From assembly GCA_964247055.1 (NCBI GenBank), contig OZ176050.1, positions 2,728,001-2,792,000 of the forward strand: a DNA stretch of 64,000 nucleotides, in the 5' to 3' direction. This stretch comes from Paragordius varius (Eukaryota; Animalia; Nematomorpha). Position numbers and translations under genes: made by a program. Position 1 is the first letter of the stretch. Each line of letters opens with the position of its first letter. Positions 59,297-64,000 of this stretch are shown one piece after another. The notes beneath the pieces are model-generated. The model saw only the letters and a program-made list of their open reading frames with translations, did no database searches and was not told the origin of the DNA.

Positions 59297-60638
59297 CTTT
59301 AAACACTTTTTAAGATATTCAAATATTAAATCGCTTTGGATAAAATTAACCCAAAAGGTAAAGGAGCGATAATAATCATTAAGGTACACTTTCTGTCGTT
59401 TTTTTATTTAACGAAAACACGATTTTTTTTATTTTACAGTAACATCAATTTAACGATGCGCTGAAGGTCAATAAATTAAAGTATATTATAGGCAACAATA
59501 AAATTTAAAGTGGATCTAACTTTTGCTAAAATGTACGCTCAACTAAATAATAAGCATGAATACGTGTCCATTAATATTAAACCATTAGTATAAAAGGCAT
59601 GCGTGCACACATTATGATAAAAATTTATTTAGATATACACATATATAAAGATAAATATGAAATTTGAAATGAAATGTTAACTAAAAGCACATCACGAGTG
59701 AGGTATAATGGAATCGAAGAACCACTCAATTTGGAACATATGGCTAATAAATTTATACAGCAAGCAGTTTTGATTTGCATATAATGTATATTTATGTAAA
59801 ACTAGTACAAAATATTTTAAACTTTAATATTTAAGCACACGATATTTTCACATCTAGTATACATGTATTTTGAATTTAAATTGACAGTTAAAACGGTTAA
59901 ATATTATTTTTTTAGTAACATAAAGAATATTTTATGATAAGCCTATTGCGCTAAAAATTAAATAATATAAAACTTTAAATATTATACCTAATTTTAAACG
60001 TACGCTACATTTTCTCCAAAGCCTTCAATCAATATTAATTATGTTATCCCATGACATGATGGAAAAACCATATTTAAGTGTGAAATTTAAAACATTAATA
60101 ATTCCCATTAATAAAATAAGTAGTATATTGAGCAATTTTTTTATTATAAAAATAATACTAGTTAGTTATACATAAGAATATATATGTTAAAGTTTGTGAA
60201 GAAACCTTTTCATTATTACTTTTATATACGTATAAAATTACAAAAATTATAATGTTTCAATGGTATTTGGTCACAGAAGATATCTATTATTGTCATCATA
60301 CAAAAAATGGAATATAAAATATCTAATATTTATAAGCCATTTCGGCAATCAAAAATAAGCATTTTCCTTACAAAAATTGAAATTAAATTTTTGGATTGTA
60401 TTAAATTAATACAGATTATCTGGATGTATATATATATATATATAAATCATATAAATATATTGCAGGATTTAAAATAAAGTAAAGGTGTCAAACACATAAG
60501 ACGTGATTAATAATTAATGATTTTATAAGGCACAAAATATAAATTTGGAGCTATCTAGATGTAATCCTTGATTAGATGCGTTATATATGATAGATGTGAC
60601 ATTTAGACTAGATTATATGCAATGATACATCAAAATAA

Positions 60639-60641
<3 letters not shown>

Positions 60642-60671
<30 letters not shown>
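60642..60671. repeat. (AT)n microsatellite; others at about 13001-13026, 20716-20743 and 29481-29500
   Basis: Directly visible. Confidence 0.95.
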
Positions 60672-60677
<6 letters not shown>

Positions 60678-60860
60678 CCAAATTACAACTGTAGACTAAT
60701 CCCCATTTTAGGGTAATTTTATCTTTTTTTTGGCATACGAAAGATGGGTGTGTGTGTGTCTATGTGCACAAAAAAATTAATGTGGTAAGAAAACAAAATA
60801 AAAAGTATCAACATTATTAAAGAGAGATCCATCTATCTTTGCGTTTTTTATGCACGTATC

Positions 60861-62646
60861 CTACGTTTTCCAAACGGCATTAAATGCTTCCATTAAGCTG
60901 TCATAAATCATAAATGTAATTCCAACATCAAGGCAAACTCGACTAAGCCTTGGCACTGTGCCTTTGTAAAATCTAAAATCAAAATTTTTTTTAGATAATT
61001 TAAAAGAAAAGTAAAACAGAAAAATAGTACGTATAGTGTGTTACTTACGCGGAAAAACCTTCATTCTTGGCAATCTTCAATGCGCAATCCAAAGTATTTT
61101 TATACTTTTTGGCTTCCAAACTCTATTGTTTTAAACAAATGGGAAAAAGTTTAAATTTAAAATAAATGTCGTAATTTATAAATTCCATATTTCGATCGCA
61201 GTATTTTTAAGAATAAATAGTAAACCTAAAAATTTAATGGAAATATTGTAATTAATTAGTTATAACTAATTAATTAAATTATAACAAAAATAAATAGCTT
61301 CTTTAAAGAGCAGAAAGACCAGTGCTAACCCACATAAAATAACTATAAACATAATAAATTAAACCAAACCTTGAACCAAATTTAAATATTTAAAGACGGC
61401 TACATTACAATATAATTACACGCTTTCAAACAAACAGATAAAATATATTTTGTTATTTAAGCAAATAAATACGGGAAAACTAAACGGAAAACCGTAATAG
61501 TATACCAATGACAGCTCAAGTTCACCCTTGAATAATTCAAATTCCCTATAAAATAATTAAGCGGTTTCAATTATTAAAAACTACCTATATTTTTTATATT
61601 TTAAAATGAATTCGTTTAACTTTAACATAATACTAAAAAAATAATAGAATATGCCAAGAAATAATTAATATTAATATAGCCTAAAAACACATAATATATT
61701 TTTAATGTGATTTTGAATTGTTCAAGGGTTGTGAATTTTTAAAGGGTATATTTAAAAATGGTATATAAAAGGTAGACTTGAAACCTACCTAACCTTACAA
61801 TAGTGCATTGCGAAGAATAGCATGAATTACTGCCAAAAAACTCCATATCAGGAGGAATTCATTAATCTACCTTAAAACCTTTGCAATCTATAAAGAACAG
61901 GTGATTAAAACCTTGATCTACGCTAAATAAGTGATCCTTATTAATAAACAATTAAATGTAAACTAGTTTATTTTTCAATTATTTTGTAAGTCAAAAACTG
62001 CCATTAGGTCGAAAGGTGGTTTAGTTTAAGATGTAACATTGAAAGTTAAAGTTATTTAAAAATTGCAAGTCATAAGACATGCATAATCTAATAAAAAAAC
62101 CATTTTATAATAATCATTTGATTAAAACGTTCAAACATCAAATAACTTTGCCAACAATAATTATAATCACTTATGTTCGTGAAAGTAATTTACAATACGT
62201 TATATTCAGAATTCATAAAATTGGGTTGATTAAATTTCGTATATATTAAATAATTACTGTAAAAAATTCAAAAAAAAACAATATACATTTTTAACCCTTG
62301 ATAATATTTACATAATCTATATGATTATAATTGTTGTTACCAATTTACATCTCTATTTTTAATTTTGCGACCCAAGAAACAGGTTTAATTTAAATGTTTG
62401 ATATGGTTGTCTTTTAAAAATGTGCCTGTATGATTTCAATACAAAAGTTCCAATTAATTAATTTATGTTTCCAACATATTTAAATATTTAAAACTGTATG
62501 TAAAAATTTGCTTAAATCCTACTTGCATTCTAGTCTTGACGACATCAATGGGAGTATTACCAAATACTGATGCGGCCCCAGCCACTGCACCGAAAATCCC
62601 GGTTGCAATTTTATTTACGGGTTTTGAAGAATCGCCTCCGCGATAC
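60861..62646 (-). CDS. SLC25A1: Mitochondrial citrate (tricarboxylate) carrier, last three exons; 5' exons not found in the window
   Basis: Exons 62646-62523, 61122-61049, 60972-60861: [41 protein letters not shown]|[25 protein letters not shown]|[24 protein letters not shown]...VWKT-stop. Confidence 0.92.
61501..61765. mobile_element. MITE of the TACCATT...CCCTTGAAC family in SLC25A1 intron
   Basis: TATACCAATG...CACCCTTGAATAATTCAA and TTGAATTGTTCAAGGGT...AAAATGGTATA inverted ends. Confidence 0.65.
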
Positions 62647-63269
62647 CTAAAATCAAAAAAAATATTATTTTTAGAGATTAAACAAAAACGAATTACTCAA
62701 AATAAAAAAGTATAAATATGTAATATAATTAATTAATATTTGACAAAAAGGATACGATTTTGTGAGAAGATGCTTTTTTAGATTTAAATTAATGTATTTT
62801 TCTTCGGGAAAAAATACCATATTAATTAAAATATGCATAAAATATGTCATATTATCAAAAGTCTAAATACGATAACGTGGTACATATTTGACACAGGTTA
62901 CAAAAATCAAACCCGATAAACAATACAAAGGGTCTACGAAAATGATATTAGGGAGAATCAATTATAAAATTTACCGATACCGAAAGGTGAAATCTATAAT
63001 TTAAACAGAACCCTTAAATTCAAACCCAAGGATTGGAATGGGCTCAATCTCAGTCGGCCAAATGATATTTTCAATAAACTTCTACGTTCACCTATAGAGG
63101 TAATAACCAAATTATTCCAAAAAAAATTTAACCTTCTCTCCCTCAAGATGATTAAAATCTATACTTATTGCTATCTCCTAATGATTACAAAGCATACAAC
63201 TATATATCAAACTTTATTAAGTAAATGCATCAATGTCTTTCTTTAAAATTCGTTTAAATCGTATACAAG

Positions 63270-63600
63270 GTGTAATTAACCCTGAAATAGCCAATAAACA
63301 AGCGGGGAAAAGACGTAGAGATATTATCTGCAACATCCGTTTAATCGAAGAATCAAATCAGAAAAAATGATTTTTTGAAGGCGTTCGACAATATCAGTCA
63401 GATTTTGATCTGGAAAGATAATCAGATGCAAGTTTCGACACACATAAAATAAATCTTACAATGCCACGTTTCCAACTCTGCACGATATATCCGTGCACCA
63501 TAGCTCATAATTTCGGATACAAATGACGAAAGAGTGACGCTTCCAACAATTTTTAACGTGTCTTTAGAAAATATTGTACGAACCATAAACAAGAATTACG
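63270..63600 (+). mobile_element. Decayed non-LTR retrotransposon RT fragment
   Basis: Plus-strand pieces ANKQAG..RDIICNIRLIE, DFLKAFDNI and LPTIFNVSLENI resemble the QAGFR / D..KAFD / LSP.LFN motifs of LINE RT; multiple frameshifts. Boundaries approximate. Confidence 0.6.
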
Positions 63601-64000
63601 GTTTATTTGACAAGCCCCTTCACCAAGTAAATGATTAATTAATTTGGCTAATAGATCAAAAATACTCTAAAAGGATTTTATATACAAATGCGCAAATTTG
63701 TTTATCCATCAAAGAAAAAAATAATAATATACATTAATCCAATAATTTTACAACATCCATAGGCCAAATGACTGAGGTACTTCTTTAAAACATATGAAGT
63801 CTCGACAACTATTGTATTGTATATGTAGCTTAAGTCGTTGTTTAATTATATCTTTTTTTTGCGCAAGTGAGCGTCAATTTGATTTGTTTTAAGTAAGAAT
63901 TATAAGATTTCGTAATGAAAAATTTGTGTTTTAAGTTGAGTTTTGTGTCCAGAGCATTAAACAACGGCCGAACTTTCTATTTTCTTATACATTATTTGTC

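Overview
This is AT-rich eukaryotic (animal, probably protostome; species not determinable from sequence alone) genomic DNA with eight recognisable spliced genes. They are a GRD-like Cys-loop GABA receptor subunit (+), a 3-beta-HSD-like SDR (+), a stand-alone MOCS1A/MoaA (-), an acid-lipase-family lipase (-), a very long AP-2 transcription factor (+), a ZDHHC16-like palmitoyltransferase (+), an M13 neprilysin/ECE-like peptidase (-) and the 3' exons of the mitochondrial citrate carrier SLC25A1 (-). There is also one orphan ORF. Between and inside the genes are hAT elements and MITEs, non-autonomous Helitrons, foldback elements and decayed LINE fragments, including a three-level nest. The main unexpected result is a class of ultra-short GT-AG introns: 14 introns of 21-33 nt in four genes, whose removal restores open frames and conserved motifs. 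They coexist with ordinary introns of 41 nt to 2.4 kb. All gene models were built by hand from the sequence; no database search or RNA data were available.
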